Positions 37,110 to 49,544 of a stretch of DNA of 62,637 nt are shown piece after piece. The notes under the pieces were generated by a model. That model saw only the letters and a list, made by a program, of their open reading frames with translations, did not search any database and was not told where the DNA came from. The position numbers were made by a program, and so were the translations under genes. Within the stretch, counting starts at the first letter, position 1. Every line of letters begins with the position of its first letter. The stretch comes from Chloroflexota bacterium (GTDB lineage Bacteria > Chloroflexota > Dehalococcoidia > SHYD01 > JACQUQ01): contig JACQUQ010000078.1 of the NCBI GenBank assembly GCA_016210175.1, positions 1 through 62,637 on the forward strand, in the 5' to 3' direction.

Positions 37110-38468
37110 CTAGCGCCGGAACATATCCATCATTTGGGCACGGGACATGCGGGACCCCTTGCCGCCCCGCTGCGCCTGGGTCAGTTGCTGGATGAGCTTG
37201 CGCATCTGCTGGAACTGGTTGAGCAACTGGTTCACATCCTGGGGCGTCGTACCGCTGCCCCTGGCAATGCGCCGCCGCCGGCTGCCGTCAATGAGGTCCG
37301 GGTTGCGCCGCTCGGCCATAGTCATGGAGAGGATGATGGCTTCCACCTTCTTGAGGGCGCCATCGTCCAGGTTGGCCCCGGCGGGCAGGTTGCGCGCGAC
37401 CTTGTTGAACCCCGGCAGCATCTCCAGGATCTGGGTCAGCGGCCCCAGCTTCTTGAGCTGGCGCAGTTGGTCCAGGAAGTCCTCCAGGTCGAACCGGGCC
37501 TGGCGCAGCTTCTTCTCCAGCTCGCGGGCCTTGGCCTCGTCGAAGTTCTCCTGGGCCCGCTCGATAAGGGTGAGCATGTCGCCCATACCCAGGATACGGG
37601 ACGCCAGGCGGTCCGGGTGGTACGGCTCCAGGCCATCGGTCTTCTCGCTGGTGCCCAAGAACTTGATGGGCACTCCCGTCACCGACCGGATGGAGAGGGC
37701 CGCTCCACCCCGCGCGTCGCCGTCCATCTTGGTGAGGATGAGGCCGGTCACGCCCACCTTGGTATTGAACTCCTCGGCGGCGCGCACCGCATCCTGGCCG
37801 GTCATGGCGTCCACCACCAGCAGCACCTCGTGCGGCTGCACGGTCTGCTTGATGCGGGCCACCTCCGCCATCATCGCCTCGTCGATGTGGAGCCGGCCGG
37901 CGGTGTCCAGCAGGACCACCGTGGAGGCGGTCTCGGTGGCGCGGCGGACCCCGTTGCGGCTGATGGCGACTGGATCCGCCTGGGCGCCCTCCTCGTACAC
38001 CGGGATGTTCAACTGCTTGCCCAGGGTAACGAGCTGGGTGATGGCCGCGGGCCGGTAGACGTCGGCGGCCACCAGCAAGGGGCGCTGCCCGTTCTTGCGC
38101 AGGTGGAGGGCCAGCTTGGCCGCGGTGGTAGTCTTGCCCGAGCCCTGGAGGCCCACCAGCATCACGATGGTGGGCGGGGTATTTGCGGTGTTCAAGCGGC
38201 CGCCCTGCCCTAGCATGGCGATCAGTTCTTCATGGACGATCTTGACCACATGCTGGGCCGGCGTCAGGCTTTGCAGCACCTCCTGACCGACCGCGCGCTC
38301 GCGGACGCGGCCGACGAACTCCCGGACCACCCGGAAGTTGACATCCGCCTCCAGCAGCGCCAGCCGCACCTCCCGCAGGGCTTCCTCGACGTCCCGCTCC
38401 GTCAGGCGGCCCTTACTCCCCAAGCGGTTGAAGATACCGTCAAGTTTTTCCGTTAATTGCTCGAACAT
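37110..38468 (-). CDS. ffh: Signal recognition particle protein Ffh
   Basis: ALLEADV, GLQGSGKTT, DTAGR, TKMDGDARGG, SRRRRIARGSG. Confidence 0.98.
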   Translation of the reverse strand: MFEQLTEKLDGIFNRLGSKGRLTERDVEEALREVRLALLEADVNFRVVREFVGRVRERAVGQEVLQSLTPAQHVVKIVHEELIAMLGQGGRLNTANTPPTIVMLVGLQGSGKTTTAAKLALHLRKNGQRPLLVAADVYRPAAITQLVTLGKQLNIPVYEEGAQADPVAISRNGVRRATETASTVVLLDTAGRLHIDEAMMAEVARIKQTVQPHEVLLVVDAMTGQDAVRAAEEFNTKVGVTGLILTKMDGDARGGAALSIRSVTGVPIKFLGTSEKTDGLEPYHPDRLASRILGMGDMLTLIERAQENFDEAKARELEKKLRQARFDLEDFLDQLRQLKKLGPLTQILEMLPGFNKVARNLPAGANLDDGALKKVEAIILSMTMAERRNPDLIDGSRRRRIARGSGTTPQDVNQLLNQFQQMRKLIQQLTQAQRGGKGSRMSRAQMMDMFRR

Positions 38469-38484
38469 ACGCCCTCCATGCCCC

Positions 38485-38578
38485 ATTGTAGCTTCCCGCA
38501 AGGGCAGGGGTCAATGCGGGGCGGGGCCGGGCACGCCCCACCACCCACTTTGACAGGGCGGATCGTGCCCGGTATAGT
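38485..38578. promoter_or_regulatory. Divergent sigma70 promoters for ffh (TTGACC-18-TACAAT, minus) and acnA (TTGACA-17-TATAGT, 38550-38578, plus)
   Basis: Near-consensus hexamers in the intergenic region. Confidence 0.7.
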
Positions 38579-38697
38579 ATGCTGGGCAGGCGCTTCGTGT
38601 GCAGGGGCTCACGTCCTGGGCCGATGCCACGCCCGGTCCGAGCAGACCATCGAAGGTGGGCCACGTTCTGGCGTTGATGGTACGTAAGAGGGGTGCG

Positions 38698-41451
<2,754 letters not shown>

Positions 41452-41482
41452 ACGCTGGGTCGCTGCCCATCACGCTGCAATC

Positions 41483-41519
41483 GCGAGGCCACCTCTCCTG
41501 AGAGGTGGCCTCGCTTTCC
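41483..41519 (+). terminator. Hairpin terminator after acnA
   Basis: GCGAGGCCACCTCTC-ct-GAGAGGTGGCCTCGC followed by TTT. Confidence 0.75.
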
Positions 41520-41619
41520 AGATCCCTCCGTCTCCGCCTCGCGCTTCCCCCGCACCCCCCTTTGTATGCGCCCCTTCGGTGACCGACTCCGAAGCGGTCT
41601 CCTGATCCTGTGCTCGGCG

Positions 41620-42570
41620 CTAGAGTGGTCCCGCCGCGCAGCGCCGCTGGAGGCGCTCCCAACTGTCGTCTACCCAGCGCTGGATCTCCTCCACCAGCGC
41701 GACGTTCTCGGGCCGGAGCAGGTGGGAGAACCGCCCCTGGGAGCGCAGCCACTCGACGATAGGCCGTCGCTCCCGCGGCTGGTAGTTCAGCTTCCAGGTC
41801 CCGTTCTCCACCTCGTAGAGCGGCCAGATGCAGGTCTCGGCCGCCAGCTTGGACACCGCGATGGTCTCCTGCGGGTCGTGGCGCCAGCCCCGGTTGCAGG
41901 ATGCCAGGATGTTGAGGAAGGCGGGACCATCGGCTGCGGCCGCTTTGCGGACCTTGGTCATGAGGTCCTTCCTGTTGTGGGGCGAGGCCTGGGCCACGTA
42001 GGGGAGTTGGTGGTCGGCCATGATGGCCGTCAGGTCCTTGCGGTGCTCGGTCTTGCCGGGGACCTGCGCGCCCACCGGGGTGGTGGTGGTCCAGGTGCCC
42101 AGGATCGTCGCGCTGCTGCGCTGGATCCCCGTGTTCATGTAGGCCTCGTTGTTGAGGCAGACATAGATCATCTTGTGGCCCCGCTCCATAGCACCGCTGA
42201 GGAACTGAAGCCCGATGTCGTAGGTAGCGCCGTCCCCGCCGAAGGCCACGAATTGCACGCCCCGCTCGGGGATCTTGCCCCGGCGCACCCAGGAGCGGTA
42301 GACCGCCTCCACCGCACCCAGGACCGTGGCCGCGTTCTCAAAGGCAACGTGGATCCAGGGTACTTTCCAGGAGGTGTAGGGGAAAGGCGAGGTGCCGATC
42401 TCCAGGCAGCCCGTGGCGGAGGCCACCACCACCGGGGCATCGAGGGCGAGCAGGACCTGACGGACAATGATGCTCTCGCCGCAGCCGGCGCACAGGCGAT
42501 GGCCGGGAGCCAGCCGGTCGTCGTGCTGCGCCAGGTCCCTCAGGTTCAGACTGGCGACGTTGGTTGCCAT
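41620..42570 (-). CDS. porB: Pyruvate/2-oxoacid:ferredoxin oxidoreductase beta subunit
   Basis: GHRLCAGCG, ATGCLE, GGDGATYDIG, NNEAYMNTG. Confidence 0.93.
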   Translation of the reverse strand: MATNVASLNLRDLAQHDDRLAPGHRLCAGCGESIIVRQVLLALDAPVVVASATGCLEIGTSPFPYTSWKVPWIHVAFENAATVLGAVEAVYRSWVRRGKIPERGVQFVAFGGDGATYDIGLQFLSGAMERGHKMIYVCLNNEAYMNTGIQRSSATILGTWTTTTPVGAQVPGKTEHRKDLTAIMADHQLPYVAQASPHNRKDLMTKVRKAAAADGPAFLNILASCNRGWRHDPQETIAVSKLAAETCIWPLYEVENGTWKLNYQPRERRPIVEWLRSQGRFSHLLRPENVALVEEIQRWVDDSWERLQRRCAAGPL

Positions 42571-42580
42571 TGCTGTCTCC

Positions 42581-43816
42581 TTACCGCGCGTCGTAGGGCG
42601 GAGGCCCGTCCAGAAAGCGCATCGGCCGCGTCACCGGGTGGCCCCTGCCGATGGCCAGCAGTTCCTGGAACACCGCCCGGATGTGGCCGGGCACGATATC
42701 CCGCCCGCCCAGGCCGCCGATGTAGTTCACCGTCTGCGGGGCGAGTCCCCGCTGGTACAGCGCGGTGCAGGTGTCCAGGAACAACGGTCCCCCTTGCCCG
42801 CCAAAGCACGAGGAGCGGTCCAGCACCCCGACCACCGTGGCCCCACGCAGGGCGTCCGCCACGGCCTGGGCCGGGAAGGGTCGGTAGCAGCGGATCTTCA
42901 GCAAGCCAACCTTGACCCCCTCGCTCCGCATCTCCTCCACCACCATCCTGGCGACCCCGGCCACCGAGCCCAGGACTACCAGGACCACCTGGGCGTCGTC
43001 CAGCCGGTACCCCTCGAAGTAGCCATAGGGGCGGCCAGTCAGCTGGCCGTAGGCTGCCCCGATCTGGGGGATGACGTCCAGGGCATGCTCCAGCGCGTCC
43101 CACTGCTGGCGCTTGTGCCAGAAGAAGTCGTTGCGGTCGTCGTTGGCGCCGAAGGATACCGGATGGTCAAGGTCCAACAGGGAGTGTTCAGCCTGATAGT
43201 CGCCGATAAAGGTCCGCACCGCCTCGTCCGGCAGGAGCTGCACCCGCTGGACCGCATGGCTAATGGTGAACCCGTCCTGGCACTCCATGACGGGCAGGAG
43301 GACCTGGGGATGCTCGGCGATGCAGAGAGCCTGAATGGCGTTGTCGTAGGCCTCCTGGGCGTTCTCGGCGTAGAGCTGGACCCAGCCGGTGTCCCGGCAG
43401 CCCATCGCGTCGGTGTGGTCGCCCAGGATGTTGAGGGGAGCGGAGAGGGAGCGGTTGACCACGTGCATGACGATGGGAAGGCGCATGCCCGAGGCGCACC
43501 ACAGCAGCTCCCACATGAAGGCGATGCCCGCCCCGGCGGAAGCCGTCTGGGCCCGAGCGCCCGCGGCCGCGGCCCCGATGCAGGCGCTCATGGCGGCGTG
43601 CTCGCTCTCCACCGTCAGCAGCTCCGTGTCCACCAGGCCATCGGCCACGAACTGGCAGAACAGCTCCATGAGCACGGTCTGCGGGGTGATAGGGTAGGCT
43701 GCCACCAGGTCGGGGTTCATCTGGCGCAGAGCGTGGGCCACCAGTTGGCCGCCGTTGAGGGCGACGTCCTTCCCCTGGACGTACTTCGTCCGTTGCTGGG
43801 CAGTCGTCAGGGTCAT
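42581..43816 (-). CDS. porA: Oxidoreductase alpha subunit
   Basis: AAYPITPQT, VESEHAAMSAC, YIGGLGGRD. Confidence 0.93.
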   Translation of the reverse strand: MTLTTAQQRTKYVQGKDVALNGGQLVAHALRQMNPDLVAAYPITPQTVLMELFCQFVADGLVDTELLTVESEHAAMSACIGAAAAGARAQTASAGAGIAFMWELLWCASGMRLPIVMHVVNRSLSAPLNILGDHTDAMGCRDTGWVQLYAENAQEAYDNAIQALCIAEHPQVLLPVMECQDGFTISHAVQRVQLLPDEAVRTFIGDYQAEHSLLDLDHPVSFGANDDRNDFFWHKRQQWDALEHALDVIPQIGAAYGQLTGRPYGYFEGYRLDDAQVVLVVLGSVAGVARMVVEEMRSEGVKVGLLKIRCYRPFPAQAVADALRGATVVGVLDRSSCFGGQGGPLFLDTCTALYQRGLAPQTVNYIGGLGGRDIVPGHIRAVFQELLAIGRGHPVTRPMRFLDGPPPYDAR

Positions 43817-43820
43817 ACCT

Positions 43821-44120
43821 TTACCCTCCTCCCCGTACGGCCATTTCCTCGACCATCTCAATGCACTGCTTGGGGCACTCCACGGCGCAGATGCCGCAGC
43901 CCTTGCAGTGCTCCAGGTCCACCCCGATCAGCAGCTTCCCTTCGGTCAGGAAGGCGCTATCGGGGCAGAAGAGCCAGCAGATCATACAGTGAGAGCACGC
44001 ATCGAAGTGAATGATGGGACGCAGGGTGCGCCAGCTTCCCGTCTCATACAGGACCGAGTTCCCGGCCTGCGTCACCACCCCCCCAGGGGAGATCGTTCGC
44101 CAGCCTGCTCCAGTTTCCAT
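43821..44120 (-). CDS. porD: Oxidoreductase delta (2x4Fe-4S) subunit
   Basis: TGSWRTLRP, CSHCMICWLFCP, CKGCGICAVECP. Confidence 0.93.
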   Translation of the reverse strand: METGAGWRTISPGGVVTQAGNSVLYETGSWRTLRPIIHFDACSHCMICWLFCPDSAFLTEGKLLIGVDLEHCKGCGICAVECPKQCIEMVEEMAVRGGG

Positions 44121-44145
44121 GTCTTCTCCTTCTGCCTGCGCCGTG

Positions 44146-44256
44146 GCAGCGCCGTCGGACCGTGGCGGATCCCCCGCGTGCCTTCAGGGACTGGGGGTTG
44201 CTCCGGTGGGCATCTCCGAGCAGCGCCGCCGGACCGCGGCGGATCCCCCGCGTGCC
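44146..44256. repeat. Two 37-bp direct repeats (2 mismatches) separated by 37 bp
   Basis: GCAGCGCCG(T/C)CGGACCG(T/C)GGCGGATCCCCCGCGTGCC at 44146-44182 and 44220-44256. Confidence 0.8.
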
Positions 44257-44286
44257 CAGAGGTCTGCCGCAGCCCCCGGAGCATCC

Positions 44287-44859
44287 TTAGCCTGCCTGGG
44301 TCTCCGCAAAGGCCCGCTTCAGGGCCTGGACGTTCCCCTCGACCACTTTGGCAGCCACCCGGGATCCCAGGCGGCTCTGCACCGTCTGCACGACTCCGGC
44401 CAGCTCTACGACGGGACTCGCCCGGAGCAGGGCGCCCAGCATAGGGGTATTGGGGATGTTCCGGCCGTAGGCGTCCAGGGCGATGCGCGTGGCATCGACC
44501 GTGTAGACCCGGCCGGTGTGCAGACCCAGGCGCTCCCGGAGCTGCTGCGGCGAGAGCGTGGTGTTGGCGACCAGCGTTCCGTCGGGTTTGAGTCCTTCGG
44601 TGACCTTGACCACGCCCAGGAGCGTGGGGTCGAGCACGACGACAATATCGGGGTTTGTGACGGAACAATGGAGGTGAATGGGGGAAGAGCTGAGGCGAGT
44701 GTAGGCTCTGAGGGGCGCCCCGCTGCGCTCCGCACCGAATTCTGGCAGGGCCTGGAAATACTTTCCTTCCACCAGGGCCGCTTCTGCCAGCAGCTCGCTG
44801 GCAGTCACGACTCCCTGTCCACCACGCCCGTGCCATCGGATCTCGACGACGTCAGCCAT
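44287..44859 (-). CDS. porC: Oxidoreductase gamma subunit
   Basis: EIRWHGRGGQGVVT, FGAERSGAP, IPNTPMLGA. Confidence 0.93.
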   Translation of the reverse strand: MADVVEIRWHGRGGQGVVTASELLAEAALVEGKYFQALPEFGAERSGAPLRAYTRLSSSPIHLHCSVTNPDIVVVLDPTLLGVVKVTEGLKPDGTLVANTTLSPQQLRERLGLHTGRVYTVDATRIALDAYGRNIPNTPMLGALLRASPVVELAGVVQTVQSRLGSRVAAKVVEGNVQALKRAFAETQAG

Positions 44860-45186
44860 ACCGCTCCTCCTTGCCGATCCCAGGTGCTGACGCTCAGGAG
44901 GTCTGAGCGATGCGCAGCACCCATTGCGGGCTCCGGTGCGAGGTGCGCACGTGCGCCGGAGGCCATCCCATCGCGGCGTCCGAGCACGCTCCGCCAGCGT
45001 TGCAAGGGATATATTGATTTTCCCTATAGATAGTATCAGCTGCCATAATACCGCGGTGGCTGAAAACCCCATGAAAAACCTTGCACCTGACGTCACGGTT
45101 GGGGAGATCTGGTCAGAACGCTTGCCCCGGGGCGGATGCGTCCGCGCTGGCTACCGACACTGGTGATACTCTGAACGGATGGTCTG

Positions 45187-46404
45187 CTAGCGCGGCTCCA
45201 CCCGGCCAGCAACGACCCGGTAGCAGGTCGCATCGGCCAGGAAGTTGGCGGGGAACTGGGCGGGGTCGGTCGTGGTGATGAGGACTTGCTGGAAGGACCG
45301 GGCGGCGGCGGCCAGGGCGGTCCGCCGCTCGCTATCCATCTCGGAGAGCACATCGTCGAGCAAAAGCACGGGGTCGTCGCCGGTCTGGCGGCGCAGGTGC
45401 TCCGCCTCGGCCAGCTTGAGCGCCAGAGCCGTGGTGCGCTGCTGGCCCCGCGAGCCGAAGGCTCCCACCGCAGCGCCGTTCACCAGCAAGTGCAGGTCAT
45501 CCCGGTGCGGGCCGACCACGGTCTGCCCCTGGGCCAGTTCCCGCCGCCGGGCGCGCTCCAGGGCTGCGGCGAGACCCGCCCGCACCTCGGTCGGGGTGCC
45601 GGCACCCGCCTCCGGCAACACTGCTTCTGCGGCCGCCGCGTACCGGGCTTCCAGGATATCGCGGCCGCCGGTGAGTTGGGCCTGGATGGCGGAGGCGAGG
45701 GGCGCCAGCCCGGCCAGCTCCTGGAGCCGCCGCCACACGATCGCCGCGCCCAGGTCCAGCAGCGCCCCATCCCAGAACGCAAGCTCCCGCTCCTGGGCCT
45801 GGCCCTCGTGTACCAGGCGGAGCAGGTGGTTGCGCTGAAGGACCACCCGCTGGTACCGCTGCAAGGTGCGAGCGTAGCCCGGATCAAGCTGCGAGAGGGT
45901 AATATCCAGGGCGCGCCGTCGCACGACCGGCGACCCCGTCACCAGTTCCAGGTCTTCCGGGCTGAACAGCACCGCGGGGAGTTGGCCGACGAGGTCCAGC
46001 AGGCGCCGGGGCGTGCCGTTCACCCGCACCCGCTTCTGCACGTTCCCGCCGGACCCCACGCGCGATCCCGCGGCCAGGGGAGCCGAGGCCTTCCCTCCCC
46101 GTGCTGCATCGGCCCAGTCCTGCGCCAGGAGCACCAGCTCCAGCTTGAGGGGACCGGCCGCACGCTGCACCTCCGCGGCCAGCCTGGTCATGGGCAGGGC
46201 CTCGGGCGGGAGACAGCGCGTCATGAACTCCCGGTCTGCCGTGGCCCGCGGCGAGCGCCCTGTGGACAGCAGGTACACCGCCTCCAGCAGGTTGGTCTTG
46301 CCCTGGGCATTGTCGCCCCAGAGTACCGTGGGACCGGGCGCCAGGGCCAGGTCCAGGGCCGTGTAGTTGCGAAAGTTTTGCAGGGAGAGATGGGTCACCA
46401 GCAA
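45187..46404 (-). CDS. recF: DNA replication/repair protein RecF
   Basis: LQNFRNY, GDNAQGKTNLLEA, GPHRDDL, GSRGQQRT, LLLDDVLSEMD. Start approximate. Confidence 0.96.
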   Translation of the reverse strand: MLVTHLSLQNFRNYTALDLALAPGPTVLWGDNAQGKTNLLEAVYLLSTGRSPRATADREFMTRCLPPEALPMTRLAAEVQRAAGPLKLELVLLAQDWADAARGGKASAPLAAGSRVGSGGNVQKRVRVNGTPRRLLDLVGQLPAVLFSPEDLELVTGSPVVRRRALDITLSQLDPGYARTLQRYQRVVLQRNHLLRLVHEGQAQERELAFWDGALLDLGAAIVWRRLQELAGLAPLASAIQAQLTGGRDILEARYAAAAEAVLPEAGAGTPTEVRAGLAAALERARRRELAQGQTVVGPHRDDLHLLVNGAAVGAFGSRGQQRTTALALKLAEAEHLRRQTGDDPVLLLDDVLSEMDSERRTALAAAARSFQQVLITTTDPAQFPANFLADATCYRVVAGRVEPR

Positions 46405-46604
46405 GCGAGCGCCTCTTTCCGGGACGGCGACCGGGCCTCGTGGCTGGCGGCGGGAAGACGGAGGGGGCACCAGCCAGTACGCACTCCTGCTTCCATTGTA
46501 GCATAGGCGCCATTCCGGGCGCCGTCATGCGGCGCTCCTGCGCCGTGCCAGCGCGCCGGGATCTCACCCACAGCATCACTGTCTCTGCACCATGCTGGCG
46601 AGGA

Positions 46605-47342
46605 TCAGCGGCCGACACTCAGCCGCTGCGCCAGGAAGGTGGGCAGCCCGGCCGCTGCCATCTTCTGCAGCACCGCGGGGATGTCGTATGCCACCCGGTA
46701 GCCGGTGATGGTCCTCGCGGCGTCGTCATAGAGCGCATAGGCGGCCCGCGGGTCGCCGTCCCGCGGCTGGCCCACGCTCCCCGGATTGACGATCCAGCGT
46801 CCTGTGCTGAGGGAAACGGCCTCCTCGGAGGTCAGGGCCGTGCGGCGGGGCCGTGTGCCCACAGTCTCCTGGCGAAAAGCCAGGGCCACGTGGCTGTGTC
46901 CGACGAGGCCGTGGAGGGTCAGCAACAACGTGAAGTTATCCCGCGCGTCCTCCGGGTCCAACAGGTACTCCCAGATGGGCTCGCGCGGGCTGCCATGGGC
47001 GAGGGTGAAGGGATCGCACCGTATCGTGGTGGTCAGGTTGGCGAGGTAGCGGGACTGCTCCGGGCTGATCTGATCCACGGTCCAGCGGATGGCCGCCGCC
47101 GCGTAGGGGTTGAAGTCGGACAACGGTACCTTGCCGACCACCGCCCAGTCATGGTTGCCGGCCACGCTGATCCCGCCCAGGTCCCGTACCAGGTCCAGGC
47201 ACGGGCCGGGGTCCGGCCCATAGCCCACGATGTCGCCCAGGCACCAGACGACATCCCACCCACCACGGGCGCGGGCATCCGTGAGCACGGACCGGAAAGC
47301 CTCAAGGTTGCTATGGATGTCCGACACCAGCAAGGCACGCAT
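46605..47342 (-). CDS. Metallophosphoesterase family protein
   Basis: SDIHSN, LGDIVGYG, GNHD, HGSP, GHSH, NPGSVGQPRD. Confidence 0.93.
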   Translation of the reverse strand: MRALLVSDIHSNLEAFRSVLTDARARGGWDVVWCLGDIVGYGPDPGPCLDLVRDLGGISVAGNHDWAVVGKVPLSDFNPYAAAAIRWTVDQISPEQSRYLANLTTTIRCDPFTLAHGSPREPIWEYLLDPEDARDNFTLLLTLHGLVGHSHVALAFRQETVGTRPRRTALTSEEAVSLSTGRWIVNPGSVGQPRDGDPRAAYALYDDAARTITGYRVAYDIPAVLQKMAAAGLPTFLAQRLSVGR

Positions 47343-47513
47343 CGGCGGTCCCCCAGCACGCGGCGCAGGTAGTTCCGTTATACCAGGTTTCGGTCCCAGC
47401 GCCTACGTGAGCGCGTGGGCCTGGCGCTGCGGCGGGTATGGGAGAAAGGTGGTATACGGTAGGTACGCGCTCGTCCTTGTGAGGGCGGGGACCGGCCCGG
47501 TATAATGAGGACG

Positions 47514-48566
47514 ATGAAGGCCGCAGTATTGGGCGAATTCGGGCTGATTGCGCACCTGGCAGAGGTCATCGCCAGCGAGGAGCGCGCTGCCTCGCTCGGG
47601 GCAGCCGCTCCCGGCCCTGCTGGCACGCCGCCTGCCCGCCTGCTGCTGGGCATCGGCGACGATGCTGCGGTATGGCAGCTGGGGGATGTGCTGGAGCTGG
47701 CGACGACGGATACCCTGGTGGAGAGGGTACACTTTCTGCCCCAGCGCACCCCCTGGCGCGACCTGGGGTGGAAAGCCCTGGCGGTCAACCTGAGCGACAT
47801 CGCGGCGATGGGGGGCATCCCTCTCTATGCCCTCATCACGCTGGGCCTGCCCCCGGATGCCGAGGTGGAGCACCTGACGGATCTGTACCGGGGGATGCTG
47901 GAGGCGGCCCACACCTACGGCGCCCGGCTGGTGGGCGGCGATATCGTCCGTTCTCAGGTTTTCTTCCTGACCGTTGCCCTGCATGGCGTTGCCGCGGGCG
48001 CGGGCTACCCGGAAGGTGTGCTACGGCGCGCCGCAGCCCGGCCAGGGGAGGTGGTGGCCGTGACCGGCTCGCTCGGCGCTTCCGCCGCGGGGCTGGAGGT
48101 CCTGCGCTCGGGCCGGCCGCTGTCCGATGAGGCGGCCGCGACGCTGCTGAGGGAGGCCCACCTGCGGCCCCGGCCGCGACTGGCCGAAGGCCAGGCCCTG
48201 CTCCGGGCGGGCGTGCGCTGCGCGATGGATATCTCGGATGGGCTGCTGGCGGACCTCAGCAAGCTGTGCGCCGCCAGCGGTGTGGCCGCCCAGGTGGAGT
48301 TGAAGCAGGTGCCGGTCCTTCCCGCGGTCCGCCAGCACTTCCCAGCGTGGCAGTCCCTCGCCCTGTCGGGTGGGGAGGACTACGAACTGCTCTTTACCGC
48401 TCCCGCCGCGATCCTTGCCGAACTCCAGCGGCAGGCCGCGTTCCCAGTCACAGCTATCGGCACCATCGCAGCGGGAACGCCGGGGCAGGTCACACTGGTG
48501 GATGCCGCAGGCGAGCCGGTGCCCTGGCAGAACGGCGGCTGGGACCACCTCGCACGGGAGACGTGA
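47514..48566 (+). CDS. thiL: Thiamine-phosphate kinase
   Basis: GEFGLI, GIGDDAAV, VNLSDIAAMGG, MDISDGL, GGEDYELLFT. Confidence 0.95.
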   Translation: MKAAVLGEFGLIAHLAEVIASEERAASLGAAAPGPAGTPPARLLLGIGDDAAVWQLGDVLELATTDTLVERVHFLPQRTPWRDLGWKALAVNLSDIAAMGGIPLYALITLGLPPDAEVEHLTDLYRGMLEAAHTYGARLVGGDIVRSQVFFLTVALHGVAAGAGYPEGVLRRAAARPGEVVAVTGSLGASAAGLEVLRSGRPLSDEAAATLLREAHLRPRPRLAEGQALLRAGVRCAMDISDGLLADLSKLCAASGVAAQVELKQVPVLPAVRQHFPAWQSLALSGGEDYELLFTAPAAILAELQRQAAFPVTAIGTIAAGTPGQVTLVDAAGEPVPWQNGGWDHLARET

Positions 48567-49063
48567 TGACGCTGACGTTGGAGACCTCGAGCCCGGAGCA
48601 GACCGCCGCGGTGGGCATCGCCCTGGGACGGCTGGTCCAGCCGGGCGACGTGTTGCTCTTGCAGGGACCCCTGGGCGCCGGGAAAACCCAACTCACCCAG
48701 GGCTTGGCCCAAGGGGTGGGTATCCCGGAAGAGGTGACCAGCCCCACCTTCATCCTGGTCAATGAGTACCGGACCGGGCGTCTCCCCCTCTACCACGTGG
48801 ACCTGTACCGTATCGAACGGGTGGAGGAAGCGACCGACCTGGGCCTGGATGAGTACTTCTTTGGGCCGGGGGTCACGGTAGTGGAGTGGGCTGACCGCGC
48901 GCCCGCAGCCATGCCCGACGAGCACCTATTGGTTGAACTGAGGTACGTGTCCGGCCAGGAGACCGACCGCCGGCTGCGCCTGACGCCCCGCGGGGAGCGG
49001 TACGAGCAGCTGCTCGCAGCCCTGAAAGCCGCGATCCCTGCGGCCCTGGTCGCCTCCGGGTGA
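48566..49063 (+). CDS. tsaE: t6A biosynthesis ATPase TsaE
   Basis: GPLGAGKT, VTSPTF, HVDLYR, VVEWAD. Confidence 0.96.
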   Translation: MTLTLETSSPEQTAAVGIALGRLVQPGDVLLLQGPLGAGKTQLTQGLAQGVGIPEEVTSPTFILVNEYRTGRLPLYHVDLYRIERVEEATDLGLDEYFFGPGVTVVEWADRAPAAMPDEHLLVELRYVSGQETDRRLRLTPRGERYEQLLAALKAAIPAALVASG

Positions 49064-49094
49064 GACCGCCACGGGGAGCAGGAACCGGGGGGAG

Positions 49095-49490
49095 ATGACC
49101 AGGGAAGCACGAAGGGCGCTGCTGGTGCTGGTGGCGATGCTCAGTTTGGGCGTGGCCGCGTGTGGTGCGCCGCCGCTGGTGTACCCGGACCAGGCCCCCG
49201 GCGTGCCGCGTGAGGCCCTGCGGCGGCTGAAGACCCAGGCCGGGCAGCCCTTCAAGCTCCGGCGGCTCGCTTACCTCCAAGTCACCGATGCAGAGATGAC
49301 GGGTGACACGCCGGACCACGTGAAAGGTACCGTGGTGTTTCGGACGCTCTTCGGCATCCCCTTCGGAGTGAGCTCTGTCTCCTCCCGGGACCTTAATTGG
49401 AGCATACCTGCGGTAACCTGGGCAGTGTTTCTCCTGGCTGAGACGGTGCTGGGCATCGTAGTCCTGAGGCGGCTCTGGGACATGCCCTGA
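49095..49490 (+). CDS. Hypothetical lipoprotein/membrane protein
   Basis: VAAC lipobox and a C-terminal hydrophobic helix. SD GGGAG. Fills the gap between tsaE and tsaB. Confidence 0.6.
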   Translation: MTREARRALLVLVAMLSLGVAACGAPPLVYPDQAPGVPREALRRLKTQAGQPFKLRRLAYLQVTDAEMTGDTPDHVKGTVVFRTLFGIPFGVSSVSSRDLNWSIPAVTWAVFLLAETVLGIVVLRRLWDMP

Positions 49491-49544
49491 CCGCATCCGG
49501 CGAGCAGGTGACTCCTCGATCGGGCGACGGAAAGCGAGCGAAGC

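Noticed and set aside
45010-45045. Possible FNR/Rex box upstream of porC
   Set aside because: AT-rich but does not fit TTGAT-N4-ATCAA or a clean palindrome.
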